Source of the DNA: Flavobacteriaceae bacterium
GTDB lineage: Bacteria; Bacteroidota; Bacteroidia; Flavobacteriales; Flavobacteriaceae
Length of the DNA stretch: 64,000 nucleotides
Assembly (NCBI GenBank): GCA_965218355.1
Contig: CBDCKV010000008.1
Location: 50,634-114,633 of the forward strand
Direction of reading: 5' to 3'
The position numbers and the translations under genes are program-made. The notes below the pieces were generated by a model, which was not told the DNA's origin, did not search any database, and worked only from the letters and a program-made list of their open reading frames with translations. This document shows, one piece after another, positions 27,827 to 38,697 of this stretch. The number at the start of each line of letters is the position of its first letter. Position 1 is the first letter of the stretch.

Positions 27827-28840
27827 GTGAAAACAATTTTAATTTCTGGAGGCGCAGGGTTTATAGGATCCAATTTTATTCCCTTTTTTTTACAAGAAAA
27901 TTCAGAAACACAGGTTGTTGTTATAGACAAACTTACCTATGCAGGAAATAGAGACCATTTAAAATCGGTAGCAGACAATCCTCGTTTTACGTTTGTAGAA
28001 GGAGACATTTGCGATCGTCCCTTATTGGAAAAACTGTTTCAGACACATACCATTGACGGTGTTATTCATTTTGCAGCAGAATCGCATGTAGACAATTCTA
28101 TTTCAGACCCAGGGGTGTTTATTCAATCGAATATTGTGGGCACATTTACGCTGTTAGACACGGCAAAGAAACACTGGATGACCGCAGATAATCGCTATAA
28201 AAAAGGTTTTGAACATGCGCGTTTTCATCACATTTCTACAGACGAGGTCTATGGTAGTTTAGGCGAAACAGGTTTGTTTACAGAAGCGACTCCCTATGCG
28301 CCAAATAGCCCCTACAGTGCTTCAAAAGCAGCCTCCGATTTTTTGGTAAGGAGTTATTTTCATACCTACCAAATGAATGTAGTAACCACCAATTGTTCAA
28401 ACAATTACGGGCCAAAGCAACACGATGAAAAACTGATTCCTACCATTATTAGAAAGGCGCTTTCAGGAGCCGAAATTCCTATTTACGGAAACGGAAAAAA
28501 CACAAGAGATTGGTTGTTTGTAGCAGACCATTGTGAGGGTATTGCACTCGTTTATAAAAAAGGAACTGCTGGAGAGACCTATAATATTGGCGGAAATAAT
28601 GAGTGGAGTAATATAGACATTGCTCAGAAAATTTGTGAAATTCTAGACGAAATACATCCGAAAGAAACAAGTTATAAAGAACAGATAACCTTTGTAGAAG
28701 ATCGTCCAGGACACGATTTCAGATATGCGATAGACGCATCTAAACTCACCAATGAACTTGCTTGGAAAGCCACGAATGATTTTGAATCAGGCATTCAAAA
28801 AACCATTCAGTGGTATGTAGCTAAATATCAAAACAAATGA
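27827..28840 (+). CDS. rfbB: dTDP-glucose 4,6-dehydratase
   Basis: [38 protein letters not shown]. Confidence 0.96.
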   Translation: MKTILISGGAGFIGSNFIPFFLQENSETQVVVIDKLTYAGNRDHLKSVADNPRFTFVEGDICDRPLLEKLFQTHTIDGVIHFAAESHVDNSISDPGVFIQSNIVGTFTLLDTAKKHWMTADNRYKKGFEHARFHHISTDEVYGSLGETGLFTEATPYAPNSPYSASKAASDFLVRSYFHTYQMNVVTTNCSNNYGPKQHDEKLIPTIIRKALSGAEIPIYGNGKNTRDWLFVADHCEGIALVYKKGTAGETYNIGGNNEWSNIDIAQKICEILDEIHPKETSYKEQITFVEDRPGHDFRYAIDASKLTNELAWKATNDFESGIQKTIQWYVAKYQNK

Positions 28841-29694
28841 AAGGAATTGTATTAGCAGGAGGCTCAGGAACTCGGTTGCACCCACTTACATTGGTAGTTA
28901 GTAAACAGCTAATGCCTGTGTACGACAAGCCCATGATTTACTACCCTATTTCTACCTTATTATTGGCGGGAATTCGTGAAATTTTAATCATTTCTACGCC
29001 AAAAGACCTGCCTTTGTTTCAGGAGTTATTAGGAGACGGAACCGCTTTAGGATGCCGGTTTGAATACGCTGCACAAACACAACCCAACGGATTAGCAGAA
29101 GCCTTTTTAATTGGAGAGGCGTTTATTGGAACAGATTCAGTTGCCTTAATTTTAGGGGATAATATTTTTTATGGGGCTGGTTTTCCAGACTTGTTAAAAG
29201 CAAACACCAACCCAGACGGAGGCATCATATACGCCTACCATGTACACGACCCAGAACGGTACGGAGTGGTAGAATTTGATGTAAATGGAACCGCGATTTC
29301 TATTGAAGAAAAACCCGCCAATCCAAAGTCTAACTATGCTGTTCCAGGAATTTATTTTTACGACAATAGTGTGGTGCAAATCGCAAAAGAGATTCAGCCA
29401 AGCAATCGAGGAGAATTAGAGATAACAGATATTAACAAGGCCTATTTAAAACAACAGAAACTACAGGTGAGCATCTTAAGCAGAGGTACTGCCTGGTTAG
29501 ATACGGGTACTTTTCATTCATTGATGCAAGCTTCTCAGTTTGTACAGGTAATTGAAGAGCGGCAAGCACTAAAAGTAGGGGCCATAGAAGAAGCAGCGTA
29601 TCGCAGCGGTTTTATTAACAAAGCACAGTTGCACGCCTTGGCAAAACCCTTGTTAAAAAGCGGTTATGGGAAACACTTAACAGAGATAGAATGA
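28837..29694 (+). CDS. rfbA: Glucose-1-phosphate thymidylyltransferase
   Basis: [37 protein letters not shown]. Confidence 0.96.
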   Translation: MKGIVLAGGSGTRLHPLTLVVSKQLMPVYDKPMIYYPISTLLLAGIREILIISTPKDLPLFQELLGDGTALGCRFEYAAQTQPNGLAEAFLIGEAFIGTDSVALILGDNIFYGAGFPDLLKANTNPDGGIIYAYHVHDPERYGVVEFDVNGTAISIEEKPANPKSNYAVPGIYFYDNSVVQIAKEIQPSNRGELEITDINKAYLKQQKLQVSILSRGTAWLDTGTFHSLMQASQFVQVIEERQALKVGAIEEAAYRSGFINKAQLHALAKPLLKSGYGKHLTEIE

Positions 29695-30227
29695 ATACAA
29701 CTCCTACAAATTTAGCAGGTTGTTTTGTAATAACCCCTACTGTTTTTTCTGATGAAAGAGGTTCTTTTTTTGAAAGCTTCAATCAACAAGGTTTTTTAGA
29801 AAAAACAGGCATTGACGTATGTTTTGTACAAGACAATCAATCCATTTCTCAACGCGGTACCTTGCGTGGATTACACTTTCAGAAAGAAGGGTTTTCACAA
29901 GCAAAATTGGTGCGGGTCATTCAAGGAAAAGTATTGGATGTAGTGGTAGACATAAGACCTTCTTCTAAAACATATGGACAGCATTTTTCTATGGTGTTGA
30001 CAGGCGAAAACAACCAACAAATTTTCATTCCCAAAGGCTTTGCTCATGGGTTTTCAGTATTGGAAGACAATACTATTTTTTCATACAAATGCGATACGTA
30101 TTACCATCCTTCTTCAGAAGGAGGAATCCGATATGACGACCCTATTTTAGCGATTGACTGGATGGTAAACCCAGCAGAAATATTGCTTTCTGAAAAAGAC
30201 AAGAATTTACCTAATTTTAAAAAATGA
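29691..30227 (+). CDS. rfbC: dTDP-4-dehydrorhamnose 3,5-epimerase
   Basis: [26 protein letters not shown]. Confidence 0.95.
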   Translation: MNTTPTNLAGCFVITPTVFSDERGSFFESFNQQGFLEKTGIDVCFVQDNQSISQRGTLRGLHFQKEGFSQAKLVRVIQGKVLDVVVDIRPSSKTYGQHFSMVLTGENNQQIFIPKGFAHGFSVLEDNTIFSYKCDTYYHPSSEGGIRYDDPILAIDWMVNPAEILLSEKDKNLPNFKK

Positions 30228-30904
30228 TTCCTAAAAGAATACATTCTATATGGGTTGGAGAAGAAAGGAAACCTCAACTTGTTCTTAAGTGTGAGAAATC
30301 ATGGAAAAAACACTGTAAAGACTATCAATTTATAGAATGGAATGAACAAAACTTTAACATAACTGAAGCTCCAAGATATGTACAAGAAGCATATGCAATG
30401 AAAAAATGGGCATTTGTTTCAGACTATATTCGGCTTTGGGCAATGTACCACCATGGAGGAATTTATTTAGATTCAGACATGGAATTATTAAAGCCACTGG
30501 ATTGTTTTTTAAGTCATAAAAGTTTTTCAGGTTTTGAAGATGCAACACATATTCAAACAGGAGTTATAGGTGCTGAAAAAGGGAATGTTATTATTAAAGA
30601 GTTGTTAGAGGCTTATGTAGATAAAAAATTTATTCTTGATAAGGGGTTAAATCAAACAACAAATGTAATTACGATTACTAAAATGTTAGAAAAAAAGGGC
30701 CTTGTAAAAAACAATAAAACGCAACTTCTTTTAGAAAATCTACAAATTTACCCCAGCGAATATTTTTGCCCAATGAGTTTTGAAACAGGCCAGGTTCAAG
30801 TGACAAACAACACTTATGCAATTCACCACTTTAGCGCTTCGTGGTTGAGTTTGAAAAAAAGAATATCATTAAAAATTGGACGTTTTTTAAGAAGAAACAA
30901 ATAG
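30224..30904 (+). CDS. GT32-type glycosyltransferase (DXD sugar-binding)
   Basis: [33 protein letters not shown]. Confidence 0.88.
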   Translation: MIPKRIHSIWVGEERKPQLVLKCEKSWKKHCKDYQFIEWNEQNFNITEAPRYVQEAYAMKKWAFVSDYIRLWAMYHHGGIYLDSDMELLKPLDCFLSHKSFSGFEDATHIQTGVIGAEKGNVIIKELLEAYVDKKFILDKGLNQTTNVITITKMLEKKGLVKNNKTQLLLENLQIYPSEYFCPMSFETGQVQVTNNTYAIHHFSASWLSLKKRISLKIGRFLRRNK

Positions 30905-30905
30905 G

Positions 30906-32090
30906 ATGTTAAAAAATATCACCAAAATAGCGTCTTCACACATTGTTGTTAAAGCTTTAGGGCTTGCAAACATTGGGTTAATCTTGCATTTTTTTTCAGT
31001 AAAAGAATTTGGAGCATATAGTTTTCTGTTGGTCTTATTGCATTTGGTTGCGGTTATTATTGACCCATTTTTATCAGCGTATTTGGTCGATTTTAAAACA
31101 TACGATTTTAAAAAATTCAACATAGGAATTCTTACATTGTCTTTAATTTTAGCACCGTTTCTCTTTGTTTTTTTAAACCAAATAAATTCTGAGATGTCTT
31201 TGGGCTTATTTTTATTGTTTATGGGTACGTTTTTAATAGCAACAAGCTTAAAAACATATTTAAACATTAAAGAGTATTATTATAGATATGGTCTAGTAGA
31301 TGTGCTGCGGCAACTCAGTATTTTTGGAAGTACACTCCTGTTTTTTTATGTTTTAAAAATGAGAGACTACACTTCGTTGTTGTTAATTAATTACCTAACG
31401 AGCGCTATTATAATGCTTGTTGCCTGTTTTTTCTTTGTAAAAAGAGATTTGCTAGAATTTAATATACAACGCAGTACCCTTCAAAAATTCACGAAAGAAT
31501 CAAAATTTTTAATAGCCTACGTTGCCATTGTACCACTAATAGCTTTTATTGATTCTTTTTTTGTAGAAAAATACTTAACCGCCCAAGATTTAGGGCTGTA
31601 TTCTTTTTCCTTGAAAGTGTATAACATTTCTTTGCTTTTGGCTGTTCCTGTTTTTACGGTATTAAATATGAAACAAATAGCGATAGCCAAAGAGAAAGAA
31701 TACACCGCTTTTTTAAATAAAAACAAACGGAAAGTAGTCTTGTTTTCACTTCTTATTTTTTGTGGCTCTGTGTTTTTAAATTGGCTCTTAACACAGTATG
31801 TTTTCCCGGCCTATAGCGCTTCCTTTATAGACACCACCATTTTATTAGCCGCTGCCTGTATTAGTTATATGGCCATGCCATTTTCTTTTTTAATAGCCTA
31901 TAGGCGCTACAAATGGTTGTTTGCATTATCTATTTTTGCGGTGTTGGTAAACAGTATCGTAAATTATTGTTGGATTGCCACATATGGTACTGTCGTTGCC
32001 GCAACAGCTACTTTTATGGCGCAATTAATCCTTACAATGGGTGCGGCAATTGTATCGTATGTGTTGTTGTATAATAAGGAAGCTACATGA
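30906..32090 (+). CDS. Wzx-like oligosaccharide flippase
   Basis: Many TM segments, EFGAYS and LGLYS motifs, cluster context. Confidence 0.75.
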   Translation: MLKNITKIASSHIVVKALGLANIGLILHFFSVKEFGAYSFLLVLLHLVAVIIDPFLSAYLVDFKTYDFKKFNIGILTLSLILAPFLFVFLNQINSEMSLGLFLLFMGTFLIATSLKTYLNIKEYYYRYGLVDVLRQLSIFGSTLLFFYVLKMRDYTSLLLINYLTSAIIMLVACFFFVKRDLLEFNIQRSTLQKFTKESKFLIAYVAIVPLIAFIDSFFVEKYLTAQDLGLYSFSLKVYNISLLLAVPVFTVLNMKQIAIAKEKEYTAFLNKNKRKVVLFSLLIFCGSVFLNWLLTQYVFPAYSASFIDTTILLAAACISYMAMPFSFLIAYRRYKWLFALSIFAVLVNSIVNYCWIATYGTVVAATATFMAQLILTMGAAIVSYVLLYNKEAT

Positions 32091-33475
32091 AGCCAACGCT
32101 AAAACATATCTATACAGGCTTGTTTTTTTTAGGAATCTTTTTCATTCCTTTTAACTCTTATGAAGGTATTGCTGTTTTAGGAGAATACAGCAGGGAAGGC
32201 GCAGTCGTGTTTTTTTTAGCGGCCTTGACGGTGTATGGTATAGACGTGTCTTTGAAAGACAAAACAACCTTTCCTAAAAACAACCTCTTTACCCAATTTT
32301 TACTGATTTTTATTGGTTGGTTGCTGCTCTCTGTTTTGTTAAATGGTACAACAGTCAGTCAGAATTACATGAAACACACTTCGGGCGTGAGTCGGTTTGT
32401 ACGGCAGTTACTCTCCCTATCCATCGCTCTTTCTATTTGGTGGCTTAGCTATGTTATTTTTAAAAAACAGTCGGTAACCGTCATCTTTTTACGGATTAGA
32501 AACGTATTTCTATATGCCTTTGTCTTTGTTTTTGGATACAGTCTTTTAGAGATTGCAGCATTGTATGGCAATAGCCAAGCGGCAGTGGAAGCAATGGCTG
32601 TATTTAATTATGTGCCTTTTGTAGAGGTTGGCCTCGATTTTACGTACAAGCGAATTTCTTCAGTTGCTTTGGAGCCGCCTTTTTTAGCTATTTTTTTAAT
32701 CACCATTGCGGGCTGGATGTTTAGTTATATCATCACCTCAAAAGGATTTAAAAAGTACCTGCCTACCATAGCCATTTTTATCATTACTTTTTTTTCGGGC
32801 TCTAGAACCGCACTGATTGTGGTGTTTTTTCAATTTTTAGTTTTTGTAGGGCTCGTATTTACATTGAATAAAAAGTACCGGTCTATTCTTCAAAAAATGG
32901 CCGTAACATTGGGTGTTTTAATGATTGTGCTCCTTGCGTTTAACGGCAAAGCAGTTTCAGAAGCAGTGGACAGTAAGGTCGCTTCTTTGAATTTTAAAGA
33001 AAATCTTCAAAAAAGTATTTCCAACCGTTCTCGTTTCGGAATTCAATACACATCGCTCCTGATTTTTTTAGAAAACCCTATTATAGGTGTTGGTTTTGGG
33101 CAACAGGGGTTTCATGCCCAAACAAAATATCCAGCATGGGTAACAGCGGAAAATTATGAATTCACAGAATATTATTTAAATGAAGAAGTGCGTTCTTTTC
33201 CGCCAGGGTTTAACATGTATACCCGATGGTTGGCAGAAATAGGCATTGTTGGTTTTGGTCTTTTTGTTGTATTTTTAGCATTGCTCATATACCAATGTAA
33301 AAAACTGACACGTACGAGATCCGATTTAGAAAAAGTAACAGCCATTGTCTTATTAGTTTCCTTTGTGGGCTTTGCTATCAATTGGTTGCAATTCGATAGT
33401 TTTCGAGTCTTTGGCTTCTGGATTTGCTTGGCTTTATTAATGCATTTGTTAGAAAAACCAGCAGCACATGCCTAA
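32087..33475 (+). CDS. O-antigen polymerase/ligase (Wzy_C) family protein
   Basis: Polytopic; EPP, SGSRT, NPIIGVGFG, AEIGIVG. Confidence 0.78.
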   Translation: MKPTLKHIYTGLFFLGIFFIPFNSYEGIAVLGEYSREGAVVFFLAALTVYGIDVSLKDKTTFPKNNLFTQFLLIFIGWLLLSVLLNGTTVSQNYMKHTSGVSRFVRQLLSLSIALSIWWLSYVIFKKQSVTVIFLRIRNVFLYAFVFVFGYSLLEIAALYGNSQAAVEAMAVFNYVPFVEVGLDFTYKRISSVALEPPFLAIFLITIAGWMFSYIITSKGFKKYLPTIAIFIITFFSGSRTALIVVFFQFLVFVGLVFTLNKKYRSILQKMAVTLGVLMIVLLAFNGKAVSEAVDSKVASLNFKENLQKSISNRSRFGIQYTSLLIFLENPIIGVGFGQQGFHAQTKYPAWVTAENYEFTEYYLNEEVRSFPPGFNMYTRWLAEIGIVGFGLFVVFLALLIYQCKKLTRTRSDLEKVTAIVLLVSFVGFAINWLQFDSFRVFGFWICLALLMHLLEKPAAHA

Positions 33476-34265
33476 GCTTATTTTACTCATACCGCATTAC
33501 AACAACCCGAAAGGGTTGCTAGCATCTATTGCTTCTATTGGCGCTACAGAAGAAATAGATGTTTTAATCGTTGATGACGGAAGTCAGGATGCATTAGATG
33601 AAGAAAAAATACGAGCTAGTTTAAAAGCAAAAGGAGCTATTTTCTTTTTGTATTTGTCAGAAAACAAAGGCATAGAACAGGCATTAAATAGTGGGCTTGA
33701 GTTTATTTTAAAGAAAAAATATATTTTTACAGCAAGATTAGATTGCGGAGACATTTGTCACCCTAAAAGATTTCAAAAGCAAGTTGATTTTTTAACAAAG
33801 GAAAAAGATATTGCACTGGTAGGATCTTCGGTTCATTTTGTAAATACTCAAGGAACGTTTTTATACAAAGTAACTGTACCAACAACCGACAGTTTAATTC
33901 GAAAAAAAATGTTTGTCAACGCCATGCACATTCATCCTACCATTGTGTTTAGAAATGAGTTTTTACAGAAAACAGGGCTGTATCCAACACAATATAAAGC
34001 CGCTGAAGATTACGCTTTTTTCTTTCAAGTTTTAAGGTATTGTAAAGTAGCAAATCTAGACGAGGTCTTGGTGCATTGTGAGCTGAACCCCAATGGGCTT
34101 TCTTCTGTAAAAAGAGGGTTACAGGCAAGAAACCGGGTTAAAATAATTTGGAAACATTTTTACATGGGAGGCTATCCAATTTACGGACTCTTACGCAGTT
34201 TATTACTGTGTGTGATACCGCTACAAGTTCTCATTCATTTGAAGAAAATTGTAAAAAAATGCTAA
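33468..34265 (+). CDS. GT2 glycosyltransferase
   Basis: IPHYN, VDDGS, ARLDCGD, AEDY. Confidence 0.88.
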   Translation: MPKLILLIPHYNNPKGLLASIASIGATEEIDVLIVDDGSQDALDEEKIRASLKAKGAIFFLYLSENKGIEQALNSGLEFILKKKYIFTARLDCGDICHPKRFQKQVDFLTKEKDIALVGSSVHFVNTQGTFLYKVTVPTTDSLIRKKMFVNAMHIHPTIVFRNEFLQKTGLYPTQYKAAEDYAFFFQVLRYCKVANLDEVLVHCELNPNGLSSVKRGLQARNRVKIIWKHFYMGGYPIYGLLRSLLLCVIPLQVLIHLKKIVKKC

Positions 34266-35440
34266 AAAAAAGAGCCCCATTTTTCTTTGACCTGTGCTTT
34301 ACAGTACTACTGTTCTTTTTGCCGTTATCTACGGCAATACCCAATTTAGTATTGCCACTGCTGGCTCTTTTTTTTGTGCTAAAAAAAGAAAAAAAACGTT
34401 TGAACACTCATACACTCATAGTTGGTGTATTTTGTTTGTATATGATTTTTAAATCGCTCTTTTATACCTCATTTATTGCAACAGTAAGCGCGTATAATTT
34501 TTTCTTTATACTACTACTCATAACAATTCTTACCCCTGAAATAAACAACCACCAACAGGTAAAAAAAGGATTTATTTTTGGTGTGCTAACAGCCGTGTTT
34601 CTTACGTTAATAAACGTAGCAATGCACTATATTACAACTCAAACAGTCCCTTTAGGAAACACAATAGAAGCTACGTATTTACTAGTGCTTCACAGACCGT
34701 ATTTAGGAATACTGTGTTTTATTGCTTGTGTTTTCGCAATAGAAACAGCAGCATTTAAAGGAAGAGGCAGACTATATTATGTCTTTGCAGGTGTTTTTAC
34801 GTTGTTTACCCTGTTAATTGTCGCAAGACTTGCACTCTTTTTAATATTGTTTTACATACTTGTAAAAACAATAAGAAACTTAAAAAAGGCCAGTAAAAAA
34901 CAACAAGTTTATGCCGTTTTACTAATGCTTGTAGTAGTAGCTTTCGTGTTTAAGAACCCGAATTTAAAAAAAAGGATACAAGTGCAAGAGTCTTTTGAAA
35001 AAACAAAAAAAGTAATGGCCAACCAAGAACCAAGAGTCGTTATTTGGCCCTGTGCTATTGCACAATTACAAAGCCCGAAATTTCATAAAATTTTTGGATT
35101 TCAAATGCCAGAAGCTATAGAAAAACAATTGGTGGCTTGCTACCAAGAAAAGATAACGAACGTTTCTAAAAGGGCTTATTTTGTAGAAAGCGCGTTCCAT
35201 ACACACAATCAGTTTTTAGGAACTTTACTCTTAGGGGGCGCTATTGCCTTCTTGCTTCTTTTTGGAATATTCGGACATTCATTAAGTCTTTTTTATAGAA
35301 ACAAGACAATGCCTTGGCTTGTTTTAGGTATTTTAATGTTTTGTTTGTTAGAAAACGTACTTCATCGTCAATTAGGGGTATATATCTTGGGTATTTTTAT
35401 ACCTTTAGCACATCATACCTTGGCGAAAAAAAATGAATAA
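34259..35440 (+). CDS. Second O-antigen ligase-like membrane protein
   Basis: Polytopic; HRPY, RVVIW, HTHNQFL; start moved to ATG 34259. Confidence 0.72.
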   Translation: MLKKRAPFFFDLCFTVLLFFLPLSTAIPNLVLPLLALFFVLKKEKKRLNTHTLIVGVFCLYMIFKSLFYTSFIATVSAYNFFFILLLITILTPEINNHQQVKKGFIFGVLTAVFLTLINVAMHYITTQTVPLGNTIEATYLLVLHRPYLGILCFIACVFAIETAAFKGRGRLYYVFAGVFTLFTLLIVARLALFLILFYILVKTIRNLKKASKKQQVYAVLLMLVVVAFVFKNPNLKKRIQVQESFEKTKKVMANQEPRVVIWPCAIAQLQSPKFHKIFGFQMPEAIEKQLVACYQEKITNVSKRAYFVESAFHTHNQFLGTLLLGGAIAFLLLFGIFGHSLSLFYRNKTMPWLVLGILMFCLLENVLHRQLGVYILGIFIPLAHHTLAKKNE

Positions 35441-36515
35441 AAAACAACCAGTAATTTTAGTGATGGATTGGCTAGATACCTATGCAGGTTCAGAACAGGT
35501 TGTAAAGTATTTACACCAGGTGTATCAATTTGACAAAGTATATGCATTAACACATGTAATGCCTGTCGAAAATTTGAAACGTATTTTTGGGGAAAACATA
35601 CCAAAAATACAGACAAGCCCTTTGCAATTTTTTGGAAAACGATTTCGCTTTGCATTACCGCTATTTCCTTTCTTTTTACGGAAATTGAAAGTAACAGAAG
35701 AAAATGCGATGATCATTAGCGTTACGCACTCTGTGGTAAAAGGCATTGATTTTCCAACAAGTAGTAAACACCTTTCGTATTTGGTTGCCCGTAATTTAAA
35801 ATATGTTTGGGAAGAAAAGGAATTGTATTTTAAAGGAGCTCGAAAGTTGTTTACAGGAATTATTCCCTCGTTACAAAGGTTTGATGTGCAGATGTCTAAA
35901 CGCCCCTCAAAAATTGTAGCCGTTTCTTCTTTTGTTGCAAAATGGGCGACAGAAAAGTACCAGAGACCGGTTACGGTTGTAAATCCACCAGTGAACATTT
36001 CCGATTTTGAATTTGAAGCAAAGAAAGAAGATTTTTATGTTTCGGTAGGAAGACTAGAGCCTTACAAACGCTACGATCTTTTAATTGATACGTTTAATGA
36101 AAACGGAAAAAATTTAGTTATTATTGGCGACGGTTCTTTGGAAAAAGAATTGCGAGCCAAGGCAAAAGAAAACATTCAATTTACAGGTTATTTATTTCCA
36201 GAAGACTCTAAAAGCTATTTAAAAAAAGCCAAGGCATTTGTTTTTTGTGGTAAAGAAGACTTTGGTATTGCCTTGCTAGAACCGCAAGTTTGTGGTACTC
36301 CAGTAATTGCTTACAAAGCAGGAGGAGCCTTAGATACCGTGGTAGAAAATACGACCGGCGTATTTTTTGATACGCAAAACACTTCTTCTTTAACAGAAGC
36401 AATAGAAATTTTTGAAACCCTAGAATTTAATCCAGATAAAATAAGGAAGCATGCAACTCAGTTTTCTGTCGCGCAATTTAAAGCGCAATTTAAAGCGGAG
36501 ATAGCCACTGCTTAA
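35433..36515 (+). CDS. GT4 glycosyltransferase (WbaZ-like)
   Basis: DWL...GSE, GRLEPYKR, EDFGIALLE, GTPVIAY. Confidence 0.88.
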   Translation: MNKKQPVILVMDWLDTYAGSEQVVKYLHQVYQFDKVYALTHVMPVENLKRIFGENIPKIQTSPLQFFGKRFRFALPLFPFFLRKLKVTEENAMIISVTHSVVKGIDFPTSSKHLSYLVARNLKYVWEEKELYFKGARKLFTGIIPSLQRFDVQMSKRPSKIVAVSSFVAKWATEKYQRPVTVVNPPVNISDFEFEAKKEDFYVSVGRLEPYKRYDLLIDTFNENGKNLVIIGDGSLEKELRAKAKENIQFTGYLFPEDSKSYLKKAKAFVFCGKEDFGIALLEPQVCGTPVIAYKAGGALDTVVENTTGVFFDTQNTSSLTEAIEIFETLEFNPDKIRKHATQFSVAQFKAQFKAEIATA

Positions 36516-36525
36516 CTTGTTAGAA

Positions 36526-37881
36526 ATGAAAAAAAGATACGCACACTTTATTAGACCTTTACTAACCCTCGCAGATATCATCATTATCAACAGCGTGTTT
36601 TACGGCATTGCAGATAATGAATATATAAGCAGGATGTTTTTAGTGTACGCTACATTGTTTTGGGTGATTTCCTCTTTTTTTACAGGCTTCTATAAAGTGT
36701 ATCGATTTACAAAAATGTACAGAGTAAGCACCTTGCTTGTTGCTCAGTTTTCATTGTTTATTTTAGGGTACTTTACGTATTTCGGATTGTTTAGAGAAGG
36801 GGTTATTGTGAACAATCAAACAGTTGTTTTAGGAACAATTATTTTGGGAGTTACCGTCTTTAAATTTTTGTCTTTAGCTGTGTTGAAAAAATATAGAGCA
36901 GGCGGGAAAAATTACAGAACAGTGATTTTTATAGGCGTAGATGCTTCTGTAAAAAAACTCATGCAGTTGTTTCGCACCCAGCGAAATTTAGGCTATCAAG
37001 TACTCGGTTTTTTCTCGGATAAAGAAAGTCAACAAGCAGCAGCTTTAGGTTCAATTAAAGAAAGTATGAGTTTTGCGGCGGAAAACAATATAGACGAACT
37101 GTATTGCTCTATTGGACAATTAAGTCCTAAACAGCTAAAAAACCTTACTAAATTTGCGAACCAACACAATAAAACCATCAAACTCATCCCAGATGCCAGA
37201 GAGCTGTATAGTAAGAGCCAGCAAGTAGAATTCTATAACCATACCTTAAAAGTACTTTCTGTAAAGAAAATGCCTTTCGAATTTGCTGAAAATCATTTTG
37301 TAAAAAGAACGTTCGATATTATTTTTTCTCTCTTTGTAAGTGTCTTTGTTTTGTCTTGGTTGACTCCCATTATTTGGCTAGCTATTAAATTGGAATCTAA
37401 AGGACCAGCCTTGTTCAAACAAGAAAGAGAAGGTTTAAATGGAGTGCATTTTGTGTGTTATAAGTTTCGATCTATGAAAACTGCAACTATTTTAGACAAT
37501 GTTCATGCTACTAAAAATGATGCACGAGTCACTAAAGTGGGTGCTTTTTTGCGAAAAACGAGTATGGATGAACTCCCTCAGTTTTTAAATGTACTACAAG
37601 GAGCTATGAGTGTTGTGGGCCCAAGACCACACATAAAAAGTTTGTCGCAAGAGTATCAAAAAGACGTAGAAAACTACATGGATAGGCATGCGGTAAAACC
37701 AGGAATTACCGGTTTAGCACAAGTAAGTGGTTGCAGGGGAGAGATCAAGAAAAAAGCAGATATTAAAAATAGGATTCGATTCGATATTTTTTACATAGAA
37801 AACTGGTCGTTTTTTTTAGATATAAAAATCATCTTTCAAACAATTTTTAATGTGTTTACCGGAGAAGAAAAAGCCTATTAA
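36526..37881 (+). CDS. Undecaprenyl-phosphate sugar phosphotransferase (WcaJ/WbaP family)
   Basis: KRTFD, KFRSM, DELPQFLNVL.G.MSVVGPRP, KPGITGLAQV. Confidence 0.93.
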   Translation: MKKRYAHFIRPLLTLADIIIINSVFYGIADNEYISRMFLVYATLFWVISSFFTGFYKVYRFTKMYRVSTLLVAQFSLFILGYFTYFGLFREGVIVNNQTVVLGTIILGVTVFKFLSLAVLKKYRAGGKNYRTVIFIGVDASVKKLMQLFRTQRNLGYQVLGFFSDKESQQAAALGSIKESMSFAAENNIDELYCSIGQLSPKQLKNLTKFANQHNKTIKLIPDARELYSKSQQVEFYNHTLKVLSVKKMPFEFAENHFVKRTFDIIFSLFVSVFVLSWLTPIIWLAIKLESKGPALFKQEREGLNGVHFVCYKFRSMKTATILDNVHATKNDARVTKVGAFLRKTSMDELPQFLNVLQGAMSVVGPRPHIKSLSQEYQKDVENYMDRHAVKPGITGLAQVSGCRGEIKKKADIKNRIRFDIFYIENWSFFLDIKIIFQTIFNVFTGEEKAY

Positions 37882-38640
37882 TTGAACAGAGACATACACA
37901 TATCAGCCACTATTGTATTGTTTCATGAAGAGGTAGAAGTACTTCAAAAAACCATTGCTAGCTTCTTGAAACTGCCTTTTAAAAAGACGTTGTATTTGGT
38001 TGATAATTCCACAACAAATGCGCTAAAAAGTGTCTGTGTACATCCGGAGGTTCGGTATATTTTTAATAAAAAAAATAATGGCTTTGGAGCAGCAAACAAC
38101 CAAGTGATTTCGAAGATAGATACTGTTTCTACACATCATTTAGTACTCAATCCAGATATTTCGTTTTCTCTATCAGCGGTGGAAACGCTACTAGTTGTTT
38201 TAGAAAAAGACAGTTCCTTGGCAATGGTTGCTCCAAGAGTAATCTACCCAAACGGCAGGTTGCAATACACTTGTAGAAAACACCCAACGATATTGGGCAT
38301 GTTTTTGCGTAGAACGCGTATTTTTCAGCCCTACGTAAAAAAGAGAATGTACCAAGAAGAGCAGCTTGCTCAGTTTTTCTCCCCGGAATTTATACATGGC
38401 TGTTTTATGCTGTTTAAGACACCCGATTTTGTGCAAATAGAAGGGTTTGACCCTCGTTATTTTTTATACATGGAAGATGCAGATATTTGTAGAAAATTAT
38501 CGATAACGGGTAAAAAAATAGGCTATGTGCCTTCGGCAATAGTTACGCATGTTCATAGAAAAGGCTCTGCCAAGAAAATACAATTATTATATCACCACAT
38601 AAACTCGGCAATTAAATACTTTAATAAGTGGGGTTTTTAA
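37882..38640 (+). CDS. GT2 glycosyltransferase, WbbL/rhamnosyltransferase-like
   Basis: VDNS, NNGFGAANN, LNPD, GFDPRYFLYMEDAD. Confidence 0.82.
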   Translation: MNRDIHISATIVLFHEEVEVLQKTIASFLKLPFKKTLYLVDNSTTNALKSVCVHPEVRYIFNKKNNGFGAANNQVISKIDTVSTHHLVLNPDISFSLSAVETLLVVLEKDSSLAMVAPRVIYPNGRLQYTCRKHPTILGMFLRRTRIFQPYVKKRMYQEEQLAQFFSPEFIHGCFMLFKTPDFVQIEGFDPRYFLYMEDADICRKLSITGKKIGYVPSAIVTHVHRKGSAKKIQLLYHHINSAIKYFNKWGF

Positions 38641-38697
38641 TGAAGTTCCCATTTTCTGAATGTATATTTGCAGCACATAACAACCAATACAATACTC

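Noticed and set aside
34366-35435. Poly-A/T tracts as phase-variation switches in polysaccharide genes
   Set aside because: Runs of 7-9 are common throughout this AT-rich window and the frames are intact
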